From positions 74,152,001 to 74,216,000 of the forward strand of contig NC_087444.1 of the NCBI RefSeq assembly GCF_036321535.1: 64,000 nt of DNA, written 5' to 3'. Origin of the DNA: Camelus dromedarius (taxonomy: Eukaryota). The number at the start of each line of letters is the position of its first letter. The stretch's first letter is position 1. Below the pieces are notes generated by a model. That model did not search any database and was not told the origin of the DNA. It saw nothing but the letters and a program-made list of their open reading frames with translations. The position numbers were made by a program, and so were the translations under genes. Below, piece by piece: positions 12,101-23,559 of this stretch.

Positions 12101-15100
12101 ATCCGCCTAGATTTCCATCTTGATTTCACCTCCAGGGCTGGGGCTGGGACCCCTCTGTCCACGTGGAGAGTGAGCCCCCAATGAAAGCAGGAGAAGGAAT
12201 AAGCAGGGTGAATGGCAGCCAGCGGTCTCTGCCTCCTCCTGGTCCAGAGGGCCTGCTGCCAGGGCAAGTGCCTTGAGCAGCGCCTGGGACATCATAGGCG
12301 CTCGATAAACAAGCTATTCTTGGTTCCCTCCCCCTCCCCGGCAGCTGCCTACAGAGCATCTATAGATTGAGTTCTCAAGTTACAGTAGAATAATGCAGGA
12401 GTAAGGGACACTCAGACACTCAGCTTTCCTACAAGAACCTACAGAGCAGGGCTCAGGTTACTGCAGAAGAAGGCAGGAGTGGCTGAGTAACCAGATTCCC
12501 TGCCAAGAGGCCCAGGATCCAGCCTGCAAATCCCAACCAGGTGGACAGATGTTGACACAGCATTCCTGGCCCGTCCTTCCTCCGCCCTTCACCTGGCAGC
12601 CCAGGCCCACTGAGACTGAGAGGGAGGGAGGGCAGGTGATGGAGGACTTGGAGCTGAGCCTGGCTGTAGAGAGGGAGGAGCTGGCCTTGGTATCCCCAGG
12701 GGCACTGGGAGGAGGGGTGTGGCAAAGGGGAGTCAGACTGCCTCCGTGCTCCGAAATGCTTTCCCCCAGTGACCGCCTCACTTTGAAACTCAGGGCAACT
12801 CACTAGGTTTTTGGTGCCTGGAAACTCTAGACTGGAATTTGGTCCATTTTATTTTCAGGGCCGCATTCTGTGGCTGGCTTGGGCTGCCCTCTCCTGGCCC
12901 CTTGTTTTCCCAGATAACTCTCCTCAGCTCTGAGGACTCAGCCCCAGTACTGCCTTCTTGCAAAGCCCCTCACCTGGGCTCCCACAGGACCCAGGCCCTA
13001 GGCCTCTTCAGAACCTTCTTCAACCTTGTTAATATTTGCTTCTGTGTCAGTCTCCACCTCTAGTGATGAGCAACTTGAGGCGAAGGACAAAGCTGGTTCC
13101 CTGTTCTCATTCAGGGCTGAGTCTGCTTCAGAGGAGAGATTGGGAGTTAAAAGTGCAGGATTTGGAATCAGGTTTGGGTTTGAGTCCACTTACTCTCCGT
13201 ATGACCTTGGCTAAGTTTCTTAGCCCCTCCACTGCACAATTTCCTCTGTAAAATTGGGGATGACAGTGTAAACATTCATAGTTGGGACAGCCAGAATTTA
13301 CATTCTTCCTGAACGCACGGTATGATGCGTATAGCAGCACCTATGAACTCTTGCCAAAAAATTGAACAAGAGTCTAGACAAGGCCCTGGATCTATCCACA
13401 AGTTATAGGAAATAATAAGGCAAGAGGAACATGGTTAACATCCTACACAGGAAATGAGAGCACAGTAAACCAAATCCAAATGCACCAATTCTACAGGACA
13501 AATAACCTGGTTTCTACCACAAATGAAGTGCCCAAAAAAGTGCTAGGATTGGGAAGGTAGGGGATCACTGTCGGATGGAAAGAAATGAGACATTTCAACC
13601 AAAAGCCATGGTGGACCTTGTTTGTATCTTTATGTGAAAAGACACTTGTGAGACAATGAAAACCAAGAAAGAGCACTCGGTGTGCAGTGATCCTGAGGAA
13701 TTACTATTAATTTTGTTAAGCTTGATAATGGCATTGTGGTTTTGCTAAAGAAAAAGTTCTCTAGTAGGGCATATAAATGCTGGAGTAGTAACAGGTGAAA
13801 TTATGTGATGCCTGGGGTTTGCTTTGAAATAATCTGGTTAAACAAAACCAAACAAAAAAACCTGACAGAGAAGAAACAAACAGGGAAAATGTATATATTT
13901 ATTGAAGCTGGGTGATGATGGGTAAAGGGGGTTCCTCATACTGTTATTTTTACTTTTGGTGGTTTAAAATTCATAATACAAAGTTTTAGAAATATGTTTA
14001 ATGTAACCTTTACTGGACATTTGGTTTATGCCAGGTACTGTTCTAAATGCTTTGTGGTCATTAACGTATGTTAACGTGTATTTGCATGAATTCCTTCCCA
14101 CCTGTGTGACCTGGGACAAGTTACTCAACCTTTCTGTGCCTCAGTTGTCTTTTATCTTTAAAACAGGGCATAAGAAATGAGTTAACACTGGCAAGGTGCT
14201 CAGTAAATGTTAGCAATAATTATTAGCTCATTTAATCCTCACATCTTATCTCCATTTTTGCAGATGGAGGACCCGCTCCATCTGCAAATCAAAGCTGAGA
14301 TCCCATAGGATGGTTGGAGGGATTAAATGGGCTAAAACATATAAAGTGCTGAGCATGAGGCCCGATGCACATCAGGTGTTCAGCAAATGGTCAGCTATGA
14401 GTGATCATTATATAAAAGATATTTGTATTATTTTGTGTCTGTATGTGTGTGTGTATGATATATATATATATATATATCTCATGGCCATTTGCTGAAGTGA
14501 ACATGACCGGGGTCCCTTCTTCCAGAACGGGAAGCTACTGGCAGAGCGGGATGGAGTGAAGAAGAGGAGTGAGGAGCTGGCCATAGAGAAGGATGTTTTG
14601 AAGGTGCTACCCCTCCCTAGTGCCTTTACAACTTCCCATCACCCCTGAGGCCATTTTTACCTCACCAGTTTCAGCCCCTGTGACCTGGTGAGGTCAGGGA
14701 CTTTCATCAAGCCATCAGATTCCCAGGGCCAGTGGGCAGCTCTGCTGAAATCCCCTCAATGTAGCTGATGTCCAGAGACATGGAGGGAGGTAGAGGAGGG
14801 GGCGGGAGAGTGAGATGGGAGGGGAGGACAGGCCAGACAGATGGACGGGCTCCTTCCTCCGGCAGCGGCAGCTCTACGAGTGTGAACGCCTCATTTGCCA
14901 ACGAGACACCATCCTCTCCGAGGTGAGGGGTCTCGGGGATTAACGTTTGCCTTCTATGTGTCTCCTGCCCTGAATCTGGAAAGGGAAGTCCTGCCTGGCT
15001 CTAATCCTTGGATAAGCAGCCTGGAGGAGTTGGGTTTCCCGGGAAACTGGTGCTCTCCCTCAGGCCCTAGCTCTTCCCCCAAGCACACCCTGCTCACCCC

Positions 15101-18100
15101 CTACCACTGACCTCAGTGTCTTGGGTGGATTGAGCCGAGTCTCAGTAAGCTTTGGGCTTTCCCAGCGCACTCGGCACATGGAGAGTCTGGCCAAGACCCT
15201 GGAGGAGTACAAAACCGCTACCCAGGTAACCCACCGGCCTGGCCCCACTCTCCCCACTGCTCTTTTGCCATCTCTGGGATCTGCTGCCTCTTTCTGTCTC
15301 TATCTTTTTCTGAGTCTCCACATCTTGTTTCTACCATCTCTACCGTTTGACTGTGTGTCTCTCCTGTCTCTCTGCCTTTTCACTTTTTCTCTATTCCTTC
15401 CTCTCTTTCTCTCACTCTATTTCCATCTTCCATCTACTTTCATTCTCTGTGTCTTCCTTATGTTTCCTTTTTTCCCCTCATATTTCTGTGTCTCTGCCTG
15501 GCTTGTTTAGGTTCTTCTCTCTGCCTCTCTCTGGGTCTAGTCTGTCTGTCTTCTGGGGCAGTTCCTCTCTCTGTCCCTTGTCTTTAGAGTCTCTTACTCC
15601 CCATGTGTTCTCTTGCCTCTCTGTGTCTCTCCTTGTTCGTTGTGTTTCCATCTCTGGCTTCCTTTTTCTAGTTTCCCTGGCTGGTAAGTTACCTTCAAGG
15701 TTCCTGTTGCTCTTTGACTCTCTTTGGCTTCCTGAGTTTCTGTCACTGCTTTCTTCCCCTTCTCCCTTGGCAATATGTGTTTGGAAGAGCCCAAAGAAGT
15801 CAGAGGAGTGGAACTGACCTTGGAAGAGGAGACCAGGGGTGGGGGATGAAGGAAAACAGAGAGCCAGGGGTCCCTCATTCCTTCCTCTGCAGGAGCTGAA
15901 GCTGGAAATCTCACACCTGGAGGAGCAGCTGAGTCAGACCCACAAGGGGCTGGATGAGTGAGTGGAATGTTGAGGGTGGAGGAGGCCAGAGGGGAGCCCA
16001 AGGACAGGAACCCCCAGCCTCCAGACACAAGGTGGACTGGGTAGCAACCCCAGCATAGGCTGACTGACAGGTGGTGGGCAGGCACAGAGACAGCCTTCCC
16101 CCTCCTGACTGTGTGGCCAGGCTGCCTGAAGTGGCTCAGGTGAGAAGAGTGGACTGGACCGGGCTGCTGCCACCATCGCTGGGTGTGGAGATCCAGGCCA
16201 TTTGGCAGGTGGGCCTGACACCCCCAAAATACCCCAACCCACCAGCAGCCACAACTCTGACCCAACCCTGACTCTCACCCCACCCCAGTTCCCCCAAGAC
16301 TATCTCAGTCCTTAACCTCATCTGAAACCCATTCCTTGGTCCAGGCACCAAACCCTTCCCAGGTATTGCCCCCATCAACTCCCAAACCCAGCCTCACACC
16401 AGCTCACTCCCACCTCCCATCTCCACACCTCAGCCCATTTCCATCCCACCTCTGACTTGTCTTCTGCCTTAATCTGATTCTTCCTGGCCTCAGAAACAAC
16501 TTCTTTTCTCCCAGAAACAAGAAGTGGCAGCTACAGATCTCTCCAACCCTCTGTGTGGCGTGTGGCAGTGGGAGGAGGTCGTCCATGAGACCGATGAGGA
16601 GGCTGAGTTTCCACCTGAAGCCCCAACTGGGAGGCAGGTGAGCACAGGAGGGGCTCCAAGACCATGGGGTCCAGGGGCTGGGAGAGGGGCCTGAGAGTCC
16701 ATGTGCCTTCTCTGTTCCCCATCCCATAGGCGTATGTTGACTGAGGGCCTACTGGGTGTTGGCCATGGAGCCGCAAGTCAGACAGGACACCACCTCTGCC
16801 CTCTAGGGACTGGCCAGCTGGTGTGGTAGACAAAAGTGAACAAAGCAAACCCACAAACTACCTGATTTAAAATGGTACTACAGCAGGAAGGGAATAAGTG
16901 AGTTGTTCTTCCTCACGCCGTGAAGGTACATTAAGCGTTTACCTTTCAAATACAAATACCTCTAAGAAAAGCCTAGCAAGCCCACTATGAAATCTTAAAC
17001 TCAACAATAGTCATTGTTTTATGACTTCCATAATTACTTGAACAATGTTTCAAACATTATTGGAAATAACTGAGACAACTCATCTTCAGTATTCACAACA
17101 GAAAAAAGAGATTTTAATCTGTTAGTGCCAGAATTCTTTTTTAAAAAAAAATATTGCTAACAGGTCTGTAAACAACGCTGTATTGTCTTGAAAATACTAC
17201 TTCAAAGCCATTCACCATCCTTAAAGGAGAAACTTTTTTCTCTGTTCACTTTTCCCTGGGTTGAGAGAAGCGTCTGTTTCTCTTCAACACCAGCACTCCT
17301 GTTGGATTCTTCACTGACCCTCCCACTGTCTCTGCAAGGTAGACATCCTCGCCCCTCATCCTGTTCCTCATGGAAACTGAAGCTCCAAGAGCTCACACAG
17401 CTTGTGGGGGACACAGCCACATCCCTCAGGGGGAGTGGAAATAAAAGTGAGCTTCTGCTGTTTGCAAGCTCTCAGATGCTTCGTGGAGGGGAAGACTGAC
17501 TCCAGCCTCCAGGTGCCGCCTGCGCTGGGTCCTGGGGACACAGAGCAGAGTCACTCAGGGCCTGGGCCCCTTAGTGCTCAAGGCCTTGTAGAGAGATGGT
17601 GCAAACAGGCCGTCCTAGAGCAGGGTGATGGATGTGCTAGAGGAGGGGGCAGGCCCTTTGGGAGCCCAGAGAAGGGAGTACCCATGTCAGGTAGGAGCTG
17701 GAAGGAGGTATCACAGGGAAACTGACACTTGAGTTTATTTTGAAGAAAAAGAGAGAAGTTAAATAGTGTGAGGAAGGAGAGGCTTTCCAGGCAGTGGGAA
17801 CAGTATATGCAAGGATATGGGAGCCTGAAACCACGTATCATCTTTGGTGAGTAGAGGGCAGCTGGGGACTAGTGAGAGATGAGGCCAGCCACCCAGATCA
17901 TGAAAGGAAGTCCCTGTCAATGAAGCTGAGAGACTGCTTTTCTCCATCAAGCCACAGGAGGGCTGTGAGTAGGGAGGGACAGGTCAACTCTGGATGTAGA
18001 AGGATTCCTCTGGGGCCACATGGGGACCATCTGGAGGCTGGGAGGCCAGGGAGGAGGCTGGGGCAGAGGTCCAGAGGGAGAGGATGAAGGCTGAGCCAGG

Positions 18101-21100
18101 CCAGGGCCTCGGGATGGAGGAAAAGGGATGGGCAGAGACAGAGCTGCTGGGGGCACTGGGTCCTGGGAAGGGAGAAAAAGACGCTGAACTAACCTAGCGA
18201 CCCCATGATGTGAGCACCCCTGAGAGATAAGAGGGACTGGCCCAGGGGCAGTGGGTGCACAAGGCTGGAGCTCAGGGATGTATTTAGAAAACAGTGTTGA
18301 GTTGGTGGTTGAAGCCACAGGCAAGGATGGATGTCTCCAGAGAAAACGGAGAGAGACATGGGTCCTGTGGGAGAGCAGCTGGTGGGGCCCTCTCAAGACT
18401 GGGAACCTGGGAGGAGAAGAGGGTTGGAAGGGAAGCGCTGGAGCCTCTTTGGGGCCCAGATGAGTGTGAGGGGCTTGTGGGACGTGAGAGGTTTAGGGGG
18501 ACCTGGACTCCTGGGTCCTGAAGGAGAAAGGGGCTTGGTGGGGTCCAGAATAACTGTCCGGTTCCTGGCTTCTGCTCCTGGGGGGAAGACAGAGCCACCC
18601 TCAAAGAGGGGCCCAAGAGAAGGGCAAGTTTTAGAAGCAGGTGGTGAATCCCTGCAGGTGCTGCAGCCTAGGAGAGCTAAGCTTTTCTTTCCCGCAGAGA
18701 AATTTGCAGGGAGAGCCAGCACACCCTCCTGAAGGAAGGAAAGAGCGATCAATGTGGTAAGAAGATTGGTCCTCCTGAGCCATCCCTCTGCCTCAGAGTG
18801 ATGCCAGATTCTCCAACGGATAGAGGACAAGACCTGGAAGAGCCCTAGGGAATCTTGCATCAGTCACTCATTCACTCATTCATTGACGCTGAGGCGACCC
18901 TGGGCCTTTGAACCAGGATGAGTCAGATCTAGCCATGCCCTCAGTAACTTCTGGTCTTGGGAGGAGACAGACCCTGACCCAGATGTTTCCAGGAGGACTT
19001 CCAGCATCTAACCCTACCTGGGGAATGGGAAAAGCTTTGGGGATAGGCGCTGCATAGGGTCCTGCAGGAGCAGTATTCATATAGGAGACACTGAGACAAG
19101 AAGAAGACAAGTGTCAGGCAGATGGGACAGCTCAGTCACTGTCACTAAACACACTTCTCCCAAGGCCTGCAGGGAGGCCTGAGATGGAGACCCAGACTGA
19201 GCCCCAGAAGAGTACCCAGACAGCTGGGATTCCATCAGGGGCTCTGAAATCAGACAGCCTGGATTCATATCCAGCTCGGTTACTTTGTGACGGGGTGGTG
19301 TGAGCCCTGCCCTGGGATTGTTACACAACTGTTATGAGGCTCATGTGCAGCCTCTGAGGATAGAGAAAGTGCTAGATGTCTGGGCCCACCCTCCTCCTTG
19401 GGGCCTCGGCCTTCCTGTGGTGCCTCCTTCTCCCCCACTTCCCTCTTTCAGGCTCCTGGCTTCAGAAACTAATGAGGCTGCCTAACACGGCCTCTAATTG
19501 GACTTGTCTGGGAAAGCTGAGATTGGGCGGGATTGGGGCCTGGAGCTGTGACCTCCTCCTGCGTCACCAGGGAATGGAAGGAAGACGGGGCTGAACTGCA
19601 GCGGGGACTGGGACTAGTGTGGGGGCTGGACATCTGAGTTTCCGGTGGGGGAAGGAGGGCAAGGGCAGAATGATCCACAGATTGCGAAGCTGAGAGTGAG
19701 GGAAGTAGTGAATCTTGTGGTCCCTAGAGGTGACCAGGGGTGAGGGCTTAGACCTTGAGAGGGGCTGGGGGACAAGCCTCCCGGGTCCTGGAGTAGAAGT
19801 CTCAGGGGATCAGATAGCTGCGTGTCTGACTCGGGCAGAAACCAGGGGCCTACAAGCCTGGATGCCTTGTTGGTTGAGAGTTGAGGAAACAACTGTATCC
19901 TGAGGGTGCTGGATCTAAAGCCGGTGGCCAAAGCTGGAGGGCTGGATCCCTGGTCCCCGGTGAAGGTGGTGGCAGATGTGAATGTCTGGGTCTCCAAGTG
20001 ATGTTGAAGCTGAGCAGCTTGAGGTCTGAGACCCCAAAGAGGCCATAGGAGGCTCAGAGGCTGGGGCTTGCACTTCTAAGAGGAATTATTTGGGAAGGGG
20101 TGGGGCTCACAGTTGTATTCTGGAGTCAGGAAGTCTGAGCTGGAGTTTCAGTCCTCAGAGAAAACCCAGTAAGACAGACTCACTGAAAGTGGCCCACCCA
20201 CCAGGCAGGAAGACGGTGCAGGGGGTGAGGTCTACTTGTGCCCTGGGGTCTCGGAGAGGTCTGAGTCTCCGATGTTTGGGGCAGTGAGAACCAGAAGCCT
20301 TAGCTCCCACTGGAGGCTCAGCTGCTAAAGTAGCAGCTGAGAAAGCCAGTGAGGTGAAGAGTCCCCTGACCCTTTAGGGGTCACAGACTCTTTGGAGAAT
20401 TTGGTGAAAATTCCCCTGAAAAATACAGGCACTGACCAACAGGCAAGAGTTTGCTCCCAAACAGCCTCCAGGTCCATCCATAGTGCCCCTCTGAGATAAG
20501 ACCCCTGCTTTAAAGGGGCGAATGGGAGCCTGGCAGGGGAGACAGATGCTTGCAGTGACTTTCTTGTCGCCCCAGGTTGCCCAGAAGAGATGAAGAGGAG
20601 GAGGTGGAGATCTGGGTCAGGGTAAGCTTTCCCAGCACCATCCACTCCAGGCCCTCCAGTGAGGCTGCTGTAGTCACAGCTCCTCCCCAGCCCCTGCCCA
20701 CACCCCCACTCCACCCAAGCAGACAGAAAAATCGTTTGGCCAAGAAATAACAAAGCCCTCGCTGTAGCTAATGAGAGCAGACAGTGCTGTAGAGGGAGGC
20801 TGCAGGCCAGTGGGTGGCCAGAATGTTCCCCGGGGACCCCCCTCCCCAAGCAAGCGCGATGCAGGGCTGCAGCCGCTACTCCACAGGCCTCGCAGATGTG
20901 GCCACACCCCCGGATTGCGAACATGCTCACGCATATGCGCCCACACACGAGAAGGGCCAGATCCGCCCTGGCCAACCCCGGAACTCCCTTGGGGCGCCGC
21001 ACCTGTCACAGCTGCCCGCCCAGCACCACACACCTTGGCTCCTTTGCTCCTCAAAGCGGCAGGTGACAATTCCGATTCTCAGGCAAGGGAAGAGGGAAGG

Positions 21101-22655
21101 AAGGAAATTTGGTGAAGTCAGAAGCCCGCAGTCCACAGATAGGAAAGTGAGAACCCAAAGGTGTGCCAGCCTCCATTCCAGGCACCTGGGACCCGTCGGG
21201 GTCCAAACCATCCAAGATGGCCACGCCGTGCTCCCTTCCATGGAGACGGGGGCCCCACTTCAGTTTCCTCAGGGCTGGTGTAACGATGATCTTTACCCAG
21301 CTCTCAGCATGGGTGGGGATGAGGGTTAAGGATCACATGGTAAAGGGCCTGGCACAGAGCAGACGTGCAGTAGGTAACAGTGGTAAAGACAGTGACTGGG
21401 ACTGCGGTTCCTGGAGCTCTTTATTTATTATTGTGCTGTTACTCCCATCGTCGTCGTCATCCACAGAGCAAAGGCGTGGTGGGAAAGCCTGAGACCTACA
21501 GAGGGGAGCCCTTTCAGAAAGACACGGGGGATGAGGTGGTGAAGTGAGTTGGGCCTGGCCCCTGGAGGAATATTTGGAGCTTTAATCTTAAAGTGCCTGC
21601 TGGACCTGGTGCAGGGCAGGAAAGTGGACCCAAGGAGTGTCCACGCTGAACTAGGCCCAGCCCAGGGCTGGGCACCTGAAGAAGATGGGGTCTCTGCCCT
21701 CAGGAGGCTTGGATACTTCCATAATCAGGCAGAAAATGGCAATAATAATATAGAGTAGCTCACATAGTTATTGAGGACTCACTGTTTGCTAGGCACAGTT
21801 CTGAGCCCATCTCCTGGTTTTTTTATTTTTGCCTGCATTCATTCATTCATTCTCCACTTCAGCCCTGTGAAGTAGGTGCTGTCATCACCTCTGTCTGGCA
21901 GATGGGGCAGATGGGGCCTGGAGAGGTCAGGTGACCTGCCAAGGGACACACAGCAGGAAGCTGGAAGAGCTGGGACCGCAATGCAGCAGTGTGTCTTGGT
22001 GAAGCTCACACACTGAGTCACTGTGTTCCACACTCTTCCATGTGGTTATTTCTGTCCAGTGGGCTGAGCACCTCTCCCAGTCCAGGATCCAGAGTCTCAG
22101 GTTTGTCTCCTTTGTCCTTTCAGATGGATCTCCCCATCCCTCTGGGAGACTCACAACCTGGAGACATTCCAGGAAGCCCTCCTGCGAGGTAACGGGACCC
22201 AAGGACCTGGGAGGGGACTTGGGGCAGAGAAGAAGTCCAGCACGATCATCCTGCCTTCCTTTCTCCCCATCAGCTGCCCTTCAGAGCCAGATCTGCAGCA
22301 AGCCCTGGTGCCAGTGGTGAAGGAGCTGGTCCCAGACAGGAGGCCGGTCTGGAGCCAGCTCTGCCTGCAGCCCCTGCACCCCCAGCAGCTCAGGTTCACC
22401 CCAAGGTATCTCCAGAAGGAGGGTGGTGGTCAGACATCAGGACGTTGCCCAGTGCTGGGACACCATGGGCTCTCCTGGGCTCCCCCAAGCACTGTTCTGC
22501 CTCCCAGAAGGGTCTCCAGGCACCCACTGATCCCTGTGCCAGTCCTGGGGCTGCTGCTGCTGCTGCTGCTGCTCTCCATCCTGCTGCTGGGCCAGTCCCC
22601 ACCCCCTACCTGGCCCCACCTCCAGCTGTGCTACCTCCAGCCCCCTCCAGTGTGA
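3142..22655 (+). CDS. KASH5: KASH domain-containing protein 5 (CCDC155), meiotic outer nuclear membrane LINC component / dynein adaptor; 19 coding exons, 567 aa
   Basis: Coding exons with GT-AG boundaries and consistent phase: 3142-3184, 6209-6313, 6783-6969, 7432-7496, 8711-8777, 9047-9208, 9451-9568, 9900-9950, 14526-14603, 14866-14922, 15166-15225, 15893-15957, 16121-16208, 16515-16637, 18698-18756, 20576-20621, 22124-22188, 22274-22393, 22511-22655 (1704 nt). The translation MDLPEAQAGGPATKMYLWDKPEEGSLGTLLSLEEQILNSTFEACDPQRTG... to ...VLGLLLLLLLLSILLLGQSPPPTWPHLQLCYLQPPPV* follows recalled human KASH5: EF-hand-like N-terminus, coiled coil, TM and PPPV KASH tail. Donors at 8778 (GTACCT) and 22394 (GTTCAC) are weak. 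Confidence 0.96.
3661..3939. mobile_element. hAT-Charlie MITE (MER3/MER33-like) nested in an L2 3' end
   Basis: Imperfect terminal inverted repeats CAGCACTGGCCAAT / GTTGGTTACGCTG and an 8-bp CTAG-centred target duplication CCCTAGAG / TCCTAGAA. L2 tail sequence continues on both sides (3530-3660 and 3940-4005). Confidence 0.75.
4975..5110 (+). mobile_element. MIR SINE
   Basis: MIR core TGTGACCTTGGGCAAGTTCCTAACTTCTCTGTGCCTGAGTATCCTCATCTGTAAAGTGGGGCTAATAAT. Confidence 0.75.
10190..10575 (+). mobile_element. Two adjacent MIR SINE fragments
   Basis: CTCTCTGTGCCTTGGTGTCCCCACCTGTGAAAATGGGCATCATAAT and CCTGAGTTCAAATCCCATCTCTGCCACTTAC...TTCTGAGCCTTAGTTTT. Confidence 0.7.
11500..12090. mobile_element. 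MaLR LTR (MLT1-like) fragments
   Basis: AGATGGCTGCAACAGTTCCAAAC, CAGACCTCTCCTACATCTCACTGG...GGATCACATG and AAGGGAAGCTGGGAGA are MLT1J/K-like motifs. Confidence 0.5.
13165..13275 (+). mobile_element. MIR SINE
   Basis: GGGTTTGAGTCCACTTACTCTCCGTATGACCTTGGCTAAGTTTCTTAGCCCC...CCTCTGTAAAATTGGGGATGACAGT. Confidence 0.7.
13335..13990 (+). mobile_element. Old L1 (L1MC-like) 3'UTR fragment in KASH5 intron 8
   Basis: AT-rich segment with CTTGATAATGGCATTGTGGTTTTG, GATGCCTGGGGTTTGCTTTGAAATAATC, TTGAAGCTGGGTGATGATGGGT and AAAATTCATAATACAAAGTTT. Confidence 0.7.
14095..14420. mobile_element. Cluster of MIR fragments in mixed orientation
   Basis: TGTGTGACCTGGGACAAGTTACTCAACCTTTCTGTGCCTCAGTT and TTAATCCTCACATC...CCATTTTTGCAGATGGAG. 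Confidence 0.65.
14458..14477. repeat. (AT)10 microsatellite
   Basis: Read directly from the sequence. Confidence 0.8.
21860..21985 (-). mobile_element. MIR SINE
   Basis: CCCTGTGAAGTAGGTGCTGTCATCACC...GCAGATGGGGCCTGGAGAGGTCAGGTGACCTGCCAAGGGACACACAGC. Confidence 0.65.
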
Positions 22656-23384
22656 GCCATGCTCCCCATTACCTCAGAGCAGCATCTAGTTCAATGAATT
22701 CCTTGGGTTTTTTTTTCTTTACTGTTATTCCCATGGTTGTGACACTGTGACTTGGGATTACCCCACCATGGGGACCCCAGATCGTGCTCCAGGATCCACA
22801 CCCCTGTATTGGGTTTTCATGAGAAGTCTCTTGGTTTTTTGATGTTGACAACTGCATTTCTTAACAATAGCAAAACTCACCCAATAATGGATTAAGCACC
22901 AGGGTTTATATTTGCCTCACAAAACAAGTCTGGAGGAGGACAGCTGTGCTGTAATTCTGTTGCCCCTTCCCTCGTGCTCAGGAGATGACAGGTATTGTAG
23001 CTTCATATGTCATATCTTCAGGGAGAAGGGGACACGTCCCCTCCTTAGTATAAAGACAAGCACTAGCCTTCTCAGAGCCAGCAGCAGACCTGTGTTTGTG
23101 TCTTGTTGGCCAGAACTGTTTGACACAATCACCACTAGCTGCAAGGGCAGCTGAGAGACTGAGCATCTCTCCCAGCAGAAAGAGGGAAAGAGATGAGGGC
23201 CAGACACACACCAGTGTGTGTGGAAAGGGACCAGTGGTGTGCCATTTGTTCACCCAGCAAATTTAGTGATCATCTATTTGCCACAGCTAGACCTTAGAAG
23301 ATAAATCTGCAGAAAAATAGACCCTCCAATGCCAAGCCAAGGAGCACTGATTTTTCTCCCAAGGATGGTGGAAATTTGGGGAGG

Positions 23385-23540
23385 TTTTATTACTTGTTTT
23401 TGGTTATTTACTTTGTTATTGAGGTGTAACTTACATACAGTGATAAATGGACAAATCTTAAGTATCAGCTGGATAAATTATTGCACATGTAAACACCCAT
23501 GAAACCAAAACCCAGGTTAAAATATACAAGAGTTTCAACA
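23385..23540 (-). mobile_element. Old L1 3' tail fragment
   Basis: TTATTGAGGTGTAACTTACATACAGTGATAAATGGACAAATCTTAAGT... is the reverse complement of an L1M 3' end. Confidence 0.6.
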
Positions 23541-23559
23541 CTGCAGAGACTTCCTTGGG

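Noticed and set aside
15594-16265. Long antisense ORFs over KASH5, GFY (30014-30525), SLC17A7 (36669-37418), ALDH16A1 exon 1 (50417-51001) and similar
   Set aside because: Expected in GC-rich sequence opposite coding exons or low-complexity introns. Many begin at non-ATG codons and none resembles a known protein.
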